Source of the DNA: Macrostomum lignano
Taxonomy: Eukaryota
DNA length: 64,000 nucleotides
NCBI GenBank assembly: GCA_002269645.1
Contig: NIVC01002550.1
Span: 38,119-102,118, forward strand
Direction of reading: 5' to 3'
Each line of letters begins with the position of its first letter. Position 1 is the first letter of the stretch. Shown here in pieces: positions 39,061 through 52,299 of the stretch. The position numbers and the translations under genes were made by a program. The notes beneath the pieces are model-generated. The model was not told the DNA's origin and did no database searches. It saw only the letters and a program-made list of their open reading frames with translations.

Positions 39061-39514
39061 CAAGTATGACATCCAATTTAGGAAAGTTCTGTAGTCAGGG
39101 GAATAAAAAACTCAAATGGATTCCCCCATGATTCGCAGGTGCACGCGCTGAAGGATTGAGATCTAATCGAAGTCTATAATTACAGCCAATTCTCAAAGTC
39201 CCATGCACGCTATCCTCTTGCATATTAAATGCAACGGGATCCCAAGTGCTCAACGTTCGCAACAATCATTTAATTATTCCAAGTGACACAGACGCTTTTC
39301 TGTGATGGAATTTGCCCGGATGCAAACAGGTTTCCCGTCATCTCTAAAGGCGTGTCTGACATCAATTGCTAATCAAAGATTGAAAATCTGCTGAAAAAGG
39401 CACGCAAAATCTTCAACGTGTAAATAATGCATTAGTGCTGAAACAGGAGGCTTATTTCTTTCTTTTTAATTAAACATAGCGCTTGTTTATAGCACTTTTA
39501 ATCAAACTTAGCAG

Positions 39515-40410
39515 CTGGGGATCTGAGACGCTGGCCCAGCAACTGAGGATCTGGGAGGCTGCTGGCCCAGCAACTGAGGATTTGGGAGGCTGGTGGCCCA
39601 GCAACTGAGGATTTGGGAGGCTGGTCCAGCAATTGAGATCTGGGAGACTGGCCCAGAAACTGAGGATCTTGGAGGCTGGTGGCCCAGCAACTGAGGATCT
39701 GTGAGGCTGGCCCAGCAACTGAGGATCTGGGAGGCTGGCCAAGCAACTGAGGATCTGGGAGGCTGGCCAAGCAACTGAGGATCTGGGAGGCTGGTCAAGC
39801 AACTGAGGATCTGGGAGGCTGGCCCAGCAACTGAGGATCTGGCACAGCAACTAAGGATCTGGGAGGCTGGTCAAGCAACTGAGGATCTGGGAGGCTGGCC
39901 CAGCAACTGACGATCTGGGAGGCTGGCCCAGCAACTGAGGATCTGGGAGGCTGGCCCAGCAACTGACGATCTGGGAGGCTGGCCAAGCAACTGAGGATCT
40001 GGGAGGCTGGCCCAGCAACTGACGATCTGGGAGGCTGGCCCAGCAACTGACGATCTGGGAGGCTGGCCCAGCAACTGACGATCTGGGAGGCTGGCCAAGC
40101 AACTGAGGATCTGGGAGGCTGGCCAAGCAACTGAGGATCTGGGAGGCTGGTCAAGCAACTGAGGATCTGGGAGGCTGGCCAAGCAACTGAGGATCTGGGA
40201 GGCTGGTCAAGCAACTGAGGATCTGGGAGGCTGGTCAAGCAACTGAGGATCTGGGAGGCTGGCCCAGCAGCTGAGGATCTGGCACAGCAACTGAGGATCT
40301 GGGAGGCTGGCCAAGCAACTGAGGATCTGGGAGGCTGGCCCAGCAACTGACGATCTGGGAGGCTGGCTCAGCCATTGGGGATCTGGGAGGCTGGCTCAGC
40401 CATTGGGGAT
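39515..40410. repeat. Minisatellite family A (28 bp), copy 3
   Basis: Same unit and orientation as copies 1 and 2. Confidence 0.95.
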
Positions 40411-40515
40411 CTGGGAGGCCGGCTCAGAAACTGGGAATTTGGGACCGGGAGGGTGGTAAAGTGGCGAGTGAGTATTACTAAAGTCGTGTACAGCAAGTGC
40501 ATATTCAATCACAAG

Positions 40516-40578
40516 CAGTGGCGTAGCCAGGGGGGTCCGCGCCCCCCCCCCCAATTGAAATTCCTGGCTACGCCACTG
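40516..40578. mobile_element. 63-bp hAT-like micro-MITE
   Basis: 16-bp perfect TIR CAGTGGCGTAGCCAGG...CCTGGCTACGCCACTG; flanks ATCACAAG / ACCACAAG (7/8 TSD). Confidence 0.75.
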
Positions 40579-41032
40579 ACCACAAGTGCGTGGAGTAATT
40601 GAATACTTAATATTTTAATCACTCCATAGGATTAAAGAAATTACGAAAAATGCAGTGGAAGCAATAAAACAGCTGCTGGGTATAAGCTTCGTTTCACATG
40701 AATTTTACCCGTACTGCCTACAAAAACAGCTAGAGGTTAATAGAGTTCTTCAGGCTAAACATCTATTAACACCCTAAGCGTAATGAATTGCATGCCAGGG
40801 ACTAATTCAAGGAAGGCTTTAAGAAATAAGCCGAAATGAATGATTATTATTAGTATAGCATCGAGATGGAGAATTCCGAGTCTGAATTTTCATGTACGTG
40901 ACAAATTGCAAAAAATGAGAACAATAGGAAGTCGAGTGGAATGATGCATGCGCGAACAAGGGGCCACGGTGCCAGTCTGGACAGAAATTACTTGTAATTA
41001 GTTTGGCTACAGGTGAAATTTCTTAATATTTC

Positions 41033-41620
41033 CACAGATACTAGAATAACTAGATGGGCCACTCAGGCATATATACTTAGTAAAACAGCTTTCTACTTCC
41101 AGTTCAGTAGCAAAGAAGAATACATAAGCTATTTTATAAAAATAAAGGCAGCTGAGATGACTTTGATAAGTTTAAAAGCCCAAGCTTGCAGGCATAAACA
41201 ACTTGCTAATTGGTTCAGCAATAATGTACATTAGCCAGTCCACTGAAATGAACATGGCAGCTTTAGGCAGGAATACCGAGAAAGGCAATAAAAATTGGGG
41301 CGGAGGGGGGACTTTGATAAGTTTAGAAGCCCAAGCTTGTAGGCATAAACAACTTTCTAATTGGTTCAGCAATACTGTACATTAGCCAGTCCACTGAAAT
41401 GAACATGGCGGCTTTAGGCTGGAATACCGAGAAAGGCAATAAACTTGGGCCGGGGGGGGGTAGTGTGGAAAGGCGCGGCTAGAGGGTTTGAAGCCTGGGG
41501 TTAAGAGCCAATAAATGAGCCTTGGCTTTAAAGTACATAAAAAGCTTCTGTTTAACTTACTACTGAACTGAAAGTAGCTAGACGCAAATGCGCTGAGTGG
41601 CCCATCCATCCAAATATCTG
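41033..41620. mobile_element. 588-bp non-autonomous element of the CACAGATA-TIR family
   Basis: Left end CACAGATACTAGAATAAC is identical to the 44-bp element. Right end is ...TATCTGTG. There are imperfect inner inverted blocks (GATGGGCCACTCAG; CTACTT(C/T)CAGTTCAGTAG) and an internal 151-bp tandem duplication (41160/41311). The TSD is degenerate (AATATTTC/ATATTTTC). Confidence 0.55.
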
Positions 41621-42264
41621 TGATATTTTCCAATACGGGTACCCGTAGTTCCATTCCGTGCGATTCTCGCCAAAGACAAAGACCCCCCCAAGGCACAGGA
41701 TCGGAGAGTGTAAACTAAACTGCCCTGAGAGAGAGTCTTAGGCCGTATGAATAAAGTGAGCAATTGCTCAAACTCTTTGTGTGAGCGTGTACGACATCCG
41801 TACCTGTGTTTAGTATCCGCTTACGCGCACAGGGATCAACCAATGAAGAAATCACCAATGTGTTTCTTTTTGCAACAGTAAAATAAACTCGCAACTAAAT
41901 TCGAGTTTCTGAGCAAAACAATTATCAAACAATCTACTGTCAGTAGCGTACCACCAAGCACAAGTTTATAGTTTATTTTATATATTTAAATAACAACTTT
42001 GGCAAACCCATCGCATACAGAACTGGATTGAAAATAATAATAGACTGTCTCACTGAGTACGCAGTACCGAAAACAGTAGTAGTCTAAGCACAGGTCCGAC
42101 AAATATAAAATGCTGAGCCGTTCTGATTCAAAACAAACTACTCTTGTAGCAGTTAAAGTAGTAGTATGCATGCAGATTACCAGCTAAAAAGTATCACGCA
42201 GCATTAGGGAGAGCTTAATCGAGATTTTGAGCGTCGAGAGATGTTTAGAAAGGCGGGATTGAGG

Positions 42265-42885
42265 TGAGGGTTGGCGCCAAGAGGAGCTTAGGGGGTTGGC
42301 GCCAAGAGGAGCTTAAAGGGTTGGCGCCAAGAGAAGCTTAGAGGGTTGGCGCCAAGAGGAGCTTAGGGGGTTGGCGCCAAGAGAAGCTTAAAGGGTTGGC
42401 GCCAAGAGAAGCTTAAAGGGTTGGCGCCAAGAGGAGCTTAGAGGGTTGGCGCCAAGAGAAGCTTAGAGGGTTGGCGCCAAGAGAAGCTTAGAGGGTTGGC
42501 GCCAAGAGGAGCTTAGGGGTTGGCGCCAAGAGAAGCTTAAAGGGTTGGCGCCAAGAGAAGCTTAAAGGGTTGGCGCCAAGAGAAGTTAGAGGGTTGGCGC
42601 CAAGAGAAGCTTAAAGGGTTGGCGCCAAGAGAAGCTTAGAGGGTTGGCGCCAAGAGAAGCTTAGAGGGTTGGCGCCAAGAGAAGCTTAAAGGGTTGGCGC
42701 CAAGAGAAGCTTAAAGGGTTGGCGCCAAGAGAAGTTAGAGGGTTGGCGCCAAGAGAAGCTTAAAGGGTTGGCGCCAAGAGAAGCTTAGAGGGTTGGCGCC
42801 AAGAGAAGCTTAGAGGGTTGGCGCCAAGAGAAGCTTAGAGGGTTGGCGCCAAGAGAAGCTTAGAGGGTTGGCGCCAAGAGGAGCT
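42265..42885. repeat. 25-bp minisatellite (AGGGTTGGCGCCAAGAGAAGCTTAG) just 3' of BUD23
   Basis: Tandem repeats with embedded palindromes TTGGCGCCAA and AAGCTT. Confidence 0.95.
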
Positions 42886-42934
42886 GAGAGCGCATCAGCA
42901 CTAACAAGTACCTGTCGTTAAAAACGCTGGGAGT

Positions 42935-45900
42935 TCAAAACCTTGGCTTCCTCTTTCGCCCAGTATACTTAGAATCAGACGGCAACGCTTTAGAGTCGGG
43001 GTTCTTACGCCGATACTGTTCTTTCTTGCGCATTATCCAAGCCTTGGAGCCTTTCCGCATAGGCTGTTGCTGTTTTGTAGAATGCCTACCGCCCGCCTCA
43101 TCTTGTGCCGCTGGCATAGGCCGAGTACCGGCAGTGTCTAGCACTAAGAAATGCTTCCTAGCCTTGGCCGATTCGGGATAATCAGTTACTAATCCTCCAG
43201 TAAATCCGCAGGACATCGCAGAGTTTAGTAATAATTGTAACTGCAATTCGTCTGCCGGGTAGAACTGCAGCACAGCTCTGGCGCCTACGGACATGCAGGC
43301 ATACAGGCTGGTGAAAAAGGCTCGCTGTCTTCGAATGGGGTTGGCTGTGGACCTGCGGAATGCCGCATTTTTGTGAGCGTCTAATGTTGCTTCTAGGGGG
43401 ACTGTCTACCACAGCCGCTATTATCTACCTACAGCTGACTACCACAGCCGCTATTATCTACCTACAGCTGTCTACCACAGCCGCTATTATCTACCTACAG
43501 CTGTCTACCACAGCCGCTATTATCTACCTACAGCTGTCTACCACAGCCGCTATTATCTACCTACAGCTGACTACCACAGCCGCTATTATCTACCTACAGC
43601 TGTCTACCACAGCCGCTATTATCTACCTACAGCTGTCTACCACAGCCGCTATTATCTACCTACAGCTGACTACCACAGCCGCTATTATCTACCTACAGCT
43701 GTCTACCACAGCCGCTATTATCTACCTACAGCTGTCTACCACAGCCGCTATTATCTACCTACAGCTGACTACCACAGCCGCTATTATCTACCTACAGCTG
43801 TCTACCACAGCCGCTATTATCTACCTACAGCTGACTACCACAGCCGCTATTATCTACCTACAGCTGTCTACTACAGAGTCGCTAGTATCTACCTACAGCT
43901 GTCTACCACAGCCGCTATTATCTACCTACAGCTGACTACCACAGCCGCTATTATCTACCTACAGCTGTCTACCACAGCCGCTATTATCTACCTACAGCTG
44001 TCTACCACAGCCGCTATTATCTACCTACAGCTGACTACCACAGCCGCTATTATCTACCTACAGCTGTCTACCACAGCCGCTATTATCTACCTACAGCTGT
44101 CTACCACAGCCGCTATTATCTACCTACAGCTGACTACCACAGCCGCTATTATCTACCTACAGCTGTCTACCACAGCCGCTATTATCTACCTACAGCTGAC
44201 TACCACAGCCGCTATTATCTACCTACAGCTGTCTACCACAGCCGCTATTATCTACCTACAGCTGTCTACCACAGCCGCTATTATCTACCTACAGCTGACT
44301 ACCACAGCCGCTATTATCTACCTACAGCTGTCTACCACAGCCGCTATTATCTACCTACAGCTGTCTACCACAGCCGCTATTATCTACCTACAGCTGACTA
44401 CCACAGCCGCTATTATTTACCTACAGCTGTCTACCACAGCCGCTATTATCTACCTACAGCTGTCTACCACAGCCGCTATTATCTACCTACAGCTGTCTAC
44501 CACAGCCGCTTTTATCTACCAACAGCTGTCTATCACAGCCGCTATTATCTACCTACAGCTGTCTACCACAGCCGCTTTTATCTACCAACAGCTGTCTACT
44601 ACAGAGCCGCTATTATCTACCTACAGCTGTCTACTACAGAGCCGCTATTATCTACCTACAGCTGTCTACTACAGAGTCGCTAGTATCTACCTACAACTGT
44701 CTACTACAGAGCCGCTATTATCTACCTACAGCTGTCTACTACAGAGCCGCTATTATCTACTCACAGCTGTCTACTACAGAGCCGCTATTATCTACTCACA
44801 GCTGTCTACTACAGAGCCGCTATTACCAAATACGTACCTATCCGAGTAAGCCAGCCACTGCAGAGCGGACACGCTGACAACGGCGTCAAAGCAACCAGCT
44901 CGGAACGGCAGGCCGTGGCCAATATCGCACCTGGCTAAGCCGCCTTCAACTTCGTTCTCCAGCGCGATCTCCAGCATACTAGAGCTGATGTCAACGCCGA
45001 ACCAGTTTAAACCGGCTTCGGTCAGAGCGGCACCGCTGATGCCGGAGCCGCAGCCAACGTCTAGCACGAGTAGAGAGGACCGAATTGTCGGATCCTCCGG
45101 TAGGCTGAGCAGCTCGATTGCTCGCTCTGACATTTCCGATTGGATTTGAATGATGCGCGAGCTGCGAGGTGAAAGTGCGATTTTGTTGTGGGTAAACAGC
45201 TGGCGAAACTGCAGTGAGTAATTCTAGATATGTAAGTGCTTTTTGGTATCTAATCAGGCTTTTGTAAGCACGAAAAGAGCTGGAGCGCTACTGGTGAACT
45301 CGGGAAGCTACTGATGGACATCGGAGAGCTACTGATGGACTGGGAGAGACCATGGACTGGGAAATACCATGGACTGGAAGAGCTACTGGTGGACTGGAGA
45401 GGCTACTGGTGGACTGGGGAAGCTACTGATGGACAGGGAAGCTACTGATGGACTCGGGAGGCTACTTGTGGACTGGGAAAGCTACTTGTGGACTGGGAAA
45501 GCTACTGGTGGATTGGAGAGGCTACTGGTGGACTGGGGAAGCTACTGATGGACAGGGAAGCTACTGATGGACTCGGGAGGCTACTGGTGGACTGGGAAAG
45601 CTACTGGTGGACTGGAAAAGATACTGGTGGACTGGAGAGGCTACTGGTGGGCTGGAGAGGCTACTGGTGGACAGGGAAGCTACTGATGGACTAGGGAGGC
45701 TACTGGTGGACTGGGAAAGCTACTGGTGGACTGGAAAAGATACTGGTGGACTGGAGAGGCTACTGGTGGGCTGGAGAGGCTACTGGTGGGCTGGAGAGGC
45801 TAATGGTGGACTAGGAAAGCTACTGGTGGACTCGGGAAGCTACTGGTGGACTTGGGAGGCTACTGGTGGACTGGGAAAGCTACTTGTGGACTGGAAAAGC

Positions 45901-46184
45901 TACTGGTGGACTGGGAAACATTCTCAGTTTTTTATCACCTTTTTCATCACCTTAGGAATGATGAATTAACAATAACAGAACTACTAAAAGTTATAATTAC
46001 TAATAAAATATTTATTAAAAACTTACTTTTGGGTGTACTTCTTTGCTTCTTTGTCATCATAGTACTAAAAAGTAGCAAAGGAAAAATATTATAATTCCCA
46101 TATGAAATAATTAGAACATAAAGGCATTATTCTACAAAAGCATACCAATTCTGGTGGTAGACTTGATTCTGGTCTACTAGCCAT
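42935..46184 (-). CDS. BUD23: 18S rRNA (guanine-N7)-methyltransferase BUD23/WBSCR22 (272 aa)
   Basis: Exons 46184-46146 (MASRPESSLPPEL), 46064-46027 (YYDDKEAKKYTQN), 45161-44838 (SRIIQIQSEMSERAIELL...LDVGCGSGISG...SVSALQWL), 43352-42935 (AVLQFYP...GFTGGLVTDYPESAKARKHFLVL...KYTGRKRKPRF*). All GT-AG and phase-consistent. Confidence 0.96.
43385..44825. repeat. 33-bp intronic minisatellite (CTACAGCTGTCTACCACAGCCGCTATTATCTAC), ~43 copies
   Basis: Fills almost all of BUD23 intron 3; 11-aa periodicity. Confidence 0.96.
45285..45918. repeat. 20-21-bp intronic minisatellite (GGTGGACTGGGAAAGCTACT)
   Basis: Tandem repeats in BUD23 intron 2. Confidence 0.92.
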
Positions 46185-46574
46185 TGTGCAAATTGAGATT
46201 TAAATCTGAAATTATAATTTGTTAATTTATAAGTAATAGTTTCATTAAGTAAACCCATAGTTAAGATTTAATCCCTTTAGCATTGACCAATCTCTTAGCG
46301 AGAACACATGTATCATTACGAGAAAATTTCTGATCAAACAGTGCAAGTCTCATGAAAATTGGTTAAGCTATTTTTTCTCTAATCAATTGCAAGCAAGCAA
46401 GATTTTCATTTTTAGTATATAGGACTAGCAATCTTCGCCCCCTCCCCCCCGTTGGGGGACATCTGGATAGAATCTCTGTTTTCTATAAGTAACAAAAAGA
46501 CAGCCAAATAAAGCCTTCACAAAGACGACAGACAAACTGCTCAAATAAAGTGTAATGCAAAAAGAAATCATCCC

Positions 46575-46775
46575 AAGACAGCAAGCATCCCCCAAATAGC
46601 AAGCATCCCCCAGATTGCAAGCATCCCCCAGATAGCAAGCATCCCCCAGATAGGAAGCATCCCCCCTCCCAGATAGCAAGCATCCCCCAGATAGCAAGCA
46701 TCCCCCCTCCCAGATAGCAAGCATCCCCCAGATAGCAAGCATCCCCCAGATAGCAAGCATCCCCAAATAGTAAGC
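46575..46775. repeat. ~19-bp minisatellite (CCCAGATAGCAAGCATCCC)
   Basis: Tandem repeats inside a 376-bp segment bracketed by a 58-bp direct repeat. Confidence 0.85.
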
Positions 46776-46995
46776 ATCCACCATAGAATAAGTAGCTAGT
46801 GCTATTTTTTCTCTAATCAATTGCAAGCAAGCAAGATTTTCATTTTTAGTATATAGGATGATATATCATTTATATCAAAAAGTTTTTGCTGTCTATATCA
46901 AGAAATTGCTAGAAGATTTAGCATATAAAATGTTGCCAGCAGACAAAAAGGCAGCAGACGAAATCACTGCACACCATATTATTAATGATAGGCAA

Positions 46996-48749
46996 TAGTA
47001 GCATAGCGAGGAATTTCAATTGTGGGGGGGGGGGGTTGGCCTGGCTGGCCATGCTTTATGCCATTGCCACTTTTGGTGCTGCAGGCACTTATTTTGGTGC
47101 CATAGTCTGGATCATGCTGGATGCATGCCTGAACAAGAATTGAATAATTACAAATGCATGCCAAAAAAAATGACTGTAGCCTATTCTTAAAACTACAATG
47201 GTATTGCAATAATAAATGACCTTTTTACATTGTGACAATAAATAACCATTTTTGAATAGCATAATGAACCATTTTGGCACATAATTTAGTTCATTTGTCT
47301 GCTTCTTTGACAATATTATTCACTGCAGAAAATTGATACATGCAAATTTTTGTTTAAATGCTTTATTACAAACTTTAAAAAACCTAGAAAGCTTGAAATT
47401 TTTGCTTAAAATGAACCTTTTCTCATCTTTTTTTTCTACTTCATAATAACTCTTTAGCATGATTCTATGAAGTGCATGCCAGGTATGTACACACACTATT
47501 TTTTAGGAAGGATTCACGCCAACTGTGCATGCCTATTTTTGGCATGCAAGGCCAATGCACCCCAGAATTTTTAGGGGTATACTATATGATCTGGAGTGTG
47601 GTTTTGGCACCGCAGGCACTTATTTTGGTGCTGCAAGCACTTATTCTAGTACCACAAGCACTTTTTTGGTGTTGCAAGCACTTATTTTGGTGTCACAAGC
47701 ACTTATTTTGATGTCGCAAGCACTTTTTTTGGTGTCACAAGCACTTATTTTGGTGTTATAAGCACTTATTTTGGCATTGCAAGCACTCATTTTGGCACTG
47801 CAGGCACTCATTTTGGTGCTACAAGCACTTATTGGCATTCTTTTGTTTTATGATCCCTATTCCTTCCTAGGCACTTTTGTTATATGATCCCTATGTAAAA
47901 TATGCAGTCAAAGAATAGAAACCAGACAAAACATTATCCATGAGTCAAATGCATTGCATTAAGGCAGTTTCAATTGATATCTATTTGAAGTGGAGTTCAA
48001 CCAAAGTGAGGCAATCAAACAAAGCCTCAATAAGATTCTTGGCAAAAGCAGAGACATCTCTAAATTCACTTTTTATATGATCATTTAAATGGAAGAAATG
48101 TATGCAAAGGGATCAGATAACAAAACTTGCATTTTTAAAATAAATTTTCAATTTTGTAATATTATCATTCAAGTTAGAAATTTATTAGATGGGGATCGCA
48201 TAAGATTGTATAATAAAAGTGCCATATTCTATAGGAAAAATGTAAAGGGATTGTAAAACAAAAGAATGCCCTTATTTTAGCGCCATAGACACTCATTTTA
48301 GCACATACATGTGCAATAGTCGGCCGAGTTGGCCAATCCGGCTGACCGATTTGGTAGCCAAACAAGGAAGTCACAAAAATGCCCACCTAATAAATACCCA
48401 AGTAGGCCTAGTAGTACTAAGTAGTTGATGAGGCATTTTGACTTAATAAGACAGTCATAGTTACTCTTGCCGTTTACCCAAAGTAGCATTAATTTTGCTT
48501 TACACTACTTACGCTAGGGTTTTTTTACATGTAATTGTAAGTTACATTTTTGGCCAAAAACTGTTGCATTTTGTTAAAACTAAGTCGCATGGCCGATTGA
48601 ATTTTAGAGGTTGCACATGTATGTTTTAGCACCATAGGCACTCATTTTAGCACTGCAGGCTCATTTAAGCACCGCAAGCCCTCAATTGCCTCATGGTTTT
48701 TGGTAACCACTGTGCCCAATCCCAACCCCTCCCCCCCTAGGTGCCACTG
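46996..48749. mobile_element. 1.75-kb decayed hAT-like non-autonomous element (CAGTGGCG-TIR family)
   Basis: Left end TAGTAGCATAGCGAGGAATTTCAATTG-polyG matches the 63-bp MITE end. Right end is polyC-TAGGTGCCACTG. Flanks ATAGGCAA/ATGGGCAA (7/8 TSD). Internal 21-bp repeats GCACTTATTTTGGTGCTGCAA (47590-47830). Confidence 0.6.
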
Positions 48750-50829
48750 ATGGGCAATAGCCAATAGGCCTAACATTAGCCAAGTTGATTAGGCCCCTAT
48801 TGAGAATAGAAAATGTTTAAAAAAAACAAAATACATACATGCATATCAATCACTTTTGCTAAATAAATTAAAAAACTAGATGTACAAATTTAAATGTTTT
48901 GGACTTGGTAAAATATCACTATCAATGCATAATCATTTTGTTTGCATGTCCTTTTTGCTAGGCTTATTAGCACTCTAAAAAACTTTGAAAATGAAGAATA
49001 AAATATAGCTATAAAATGAGATGTTTTTGTATACTATTAATCTAGTTTAATATAGTATTTCAGTTTATAAAATATATTTTATTAAAGGATGACTAAAAAA
49101 TCCAAGAATACTAATTATTGCAAAAGCAAAATGCAAAATTTTAGCTGCGCTATAGCAAAATTGGAATTTCGCGGCGGTGTAATCCCTTGCACTGACTGAT
49201 AGAAACAACCAACAGCCCCAACAGGTAAACTTTAAAAACCCTTACTACGCATTTAGGGTAAAATCTTAGCCGTTTGGTATCTAAATCTAATCAACCAACG
49301 AGCATCATGCTCGGAGCATGTGGTCGGTGTCTTAGAAAATAGTGTAAAAATATAACATTCAAAAATGCACTATGCTAATTGATCTTCACGTAGAACAATA
49401 TTAAATATTTAAATGCCTCGCCATTATCGTAGATAGGCCTAGGTAACCTTTTTATTGCTAAAAACAGCAATAAAATAAAAATAATAAAGACAGAGTTTTA
49501 CACACAAATTGGATTTGTTACGTATTATAATTATAATAAAACATTAACATTATCAATTATTTTATGGAGTTGGGCCTAGTTACCTAGTAAGCCTAGGTAT
49601 GCTCAGTTATGTTTATTCGTACACACATTTAATATTATTATATTATCCAAGTTCGATGAGCGAACATTACACTATCTTATATCTAGAATACAGATGGTAA
49701 TTGGTAATGGTAATCAGGTCTGGGTTTTTTTAGGCCATACGGTAGCCACCGGCTACCCAATAAAGCCACTGGATTTGTGGCATCAGAGGCCAATCTGGCA
49801 AGCAACTTGAACCAAGGCAGTTGCCAATGATAAAACAGTCTGTCACATTTTATTACTGCTAAGATTGGCTTGGCTGAAAACCTGAAGCCTGAGCTGATTC
49901 GAGCATATTATTTTTTCATCAGTGCGTGAATATTGCGATGTTATAGAGCACCATATTTTTTGCTATGCACAAGCACTGGGACACTGAAATAGGTCAGTTG
50001 CCAGTTGGCAACTGAGGATGGCAATTAGCAACTAGATTTTGAGCTTTAGTTGCCATTTGGCAACTGGATTTTGGATGAAAAAAACCCAGAATCAGGTTAT
50101 TATTCTGCTCATGACTGAATCAAAGACATAGTCAATACTAAATTCTAAAATAGTCATATTCATTGGCCTAGATAAGATGATAGCCTAGTCAGATAGCTTA
50201 GGCCCTAGGTACTTTCTACCTTTTGCACTTGTATTGTAGGCCCCTGCTATAGCAGCATTTGCAGGGTGCCTGCGCCCTCCTTTATTTCCTTTATCTCCTT
50301 TATTTGGCAAACCCCTCCTTTATCTCCTTCATCTCCTTTATTTAGAAGATTTTTGGGACTTTCTTTATTTTAGCCACTTTAGCTCCTAGCACTTGTTCTT
50401 GTACTTAATGTATTGTTACTTTAGCCTTTGGGTCCTTTTAAATAATCATTTTTAAGAAGACTATTTTCCTAGGCAAAGTTATATAGAAGAATAGTTTGTA
50501 AGTCTCAACAAAGTTTTGTATATATGATTAGTTAATAATTAAACAAACTTTAAAGCATCAACCCTAAGTTAGCCATAATATCAGATAGGGCCTATGTGAA
50601 ACTGTGGAGCTAGAAATATACAAGTTTTTCTCAGGACTGCAAATTGGCTAAAAATATGATGTGATCAAAGCAGTCAACAAATAGGCCACAGAATGAAACA
50701 ACCATGAGAGTAGTATGTCCCTTGAGAGTATAACTGGGAGAGTACATGAGTACGACTGGCTTTTGAAGTAGGGATTAGCAGATTTTTACCTCAAAGTCCA
50801 GATAAAAAATCTAGCTAGGCCCTAATGGC

Positions 50830-51410
50830 TGCAGGGGCAGATGAGAGTGGAAAGAAGAATGAATAGACAATAAGAGAAAGGATAAGAAAATAGATAAAAT
50901 ACAAGAGGAGACAGGAGGGTAAGGAGAGAGAGGGGGCAAAGAAAAGGGAGGAGGGAAGAGGAGTGCAAGGACAATAGAGGGGAAAAGAGACAAATAAGAG
51001 AGACAAGAAGAGAGAGGAGAGATAAGATAAGAGAGAGAAAAGATAAAGGAAAAGAGAGGAGAGAAGAGAGAGGAGAAATATGAGATAAAGATAAGAGAGA
51101 AGAGATTAAAGAGAAGAGATAATAGGGAAAAGAGTTAAGAGAAGAGAGGAAATAGAGGGGATAGCAAAGGAAAGAGAAAAGAAGAGGGAGAAATGAGAGG
51201 AAAGATAAGAGATCCCAGAGGGGATACAAGAAAGAGTAGAAAAAAGAATAGAGATAAGCAAGATAAGAGAAAAGAGAAGAAAATAGAGAGGACAAGAGAA
51301 TGAGAAGAATAGAAAAGAGAAAAAAGGAGAGATAGAAGAGGAAAGAGAATAGAAGAGACAGAAAAAAGATAGAAGTTTCAGAGGACCCAAAAGAAAGAGA
51401 TGCAGAGGCA
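50830..51410. repeat. Purine-rich (G/A) low-complexity tract
   Basis: ~580 bp made almost entirely of A and G on the + strand. Confidence 0.85.
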
Positions 51411-52299
51411 AAAGGCCAGAGTTTGCCTATACAGGCCTTAGACAGATATTGCCTGTCATTGTTACATTACCAAATTAAATCTCCTTTATTTTGGGATCAG
51501 TCAAACAGTCTCCTTAATTTTACTTTCTCAAAATGCGCGGGCATCTTGCATTTGTAAATTAAGTCTATAATAGGCCTCAGCCTAGGCAATATTTTTTTGG
51601 TGGATGACAAACTAACCAAATGTCACCTTATATATTTGGGAATATTTGCTTGGCTTTTGCACCTAGTGATGCACTTGTCATTTGTATGCTTAGTTTAGTT
51701 GTGCTATGTTGGAAACTATCTAAATCTATATCATTGGCTAAAAAGTCCTTTGAAGCTCCTTTTCCCTTTTCCCAACACTCTTAGTATTATATATTTAGTA
51801 TATTTAGATGTATTTTCCAAAATCTTTATTTCTTTCTAATCTTAGTATTTATATTTAGTACATTTGTAGTTTAAATAGTAAACTATATGTTCTTTTTATT
51901 TGACTCTTTAAAAAATAGGTAAGTCAAAATATTATTTGAACTTTTTTCAGTAGGTTCAGTTTGCTGTTTGGTTGTTTGGTCCTATATATATATTGGGCCT
52001 AGGTTGGTTTAGAATTGAAAGAAGCAAGCTTTTATATTGACTATATCTTTTAAAGTTTTTTCATATCCAGATAAAAATTTGCAATGATTGTGCATGAGGT
52101 TTCAACCTCATATAGTCTATTGCCAGTGTCTCAAGTAAAATGATGTTTAAAAAAAGCACCAGCTTTGAAAACCAATCAGCTATTAGCCTAAGATATCAGT
52201 ATCCTTGTGAGTTTTGGTATCAAAGCTTCCCTTTAAACCATGATGTAATACTAACTCTTCCTTTGATGCTTGGCCTACCAACATCCTCCAGTTAATTAA

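Noticed and set aside
46425-46800. Helitron interpretation of the insert (CTAG near its ends)
   Set aside because: No 5'-TC start or clear subterminal hairpin, and Helitrons do not create 58-bp duplications.
50811-51411. Hydrophobic Leu/Ser/Phe-rich ORFs resembling membrane proteins
   Set aside because: They are translations of the pyrimidine strand of a GA-rich low-complexity tract.
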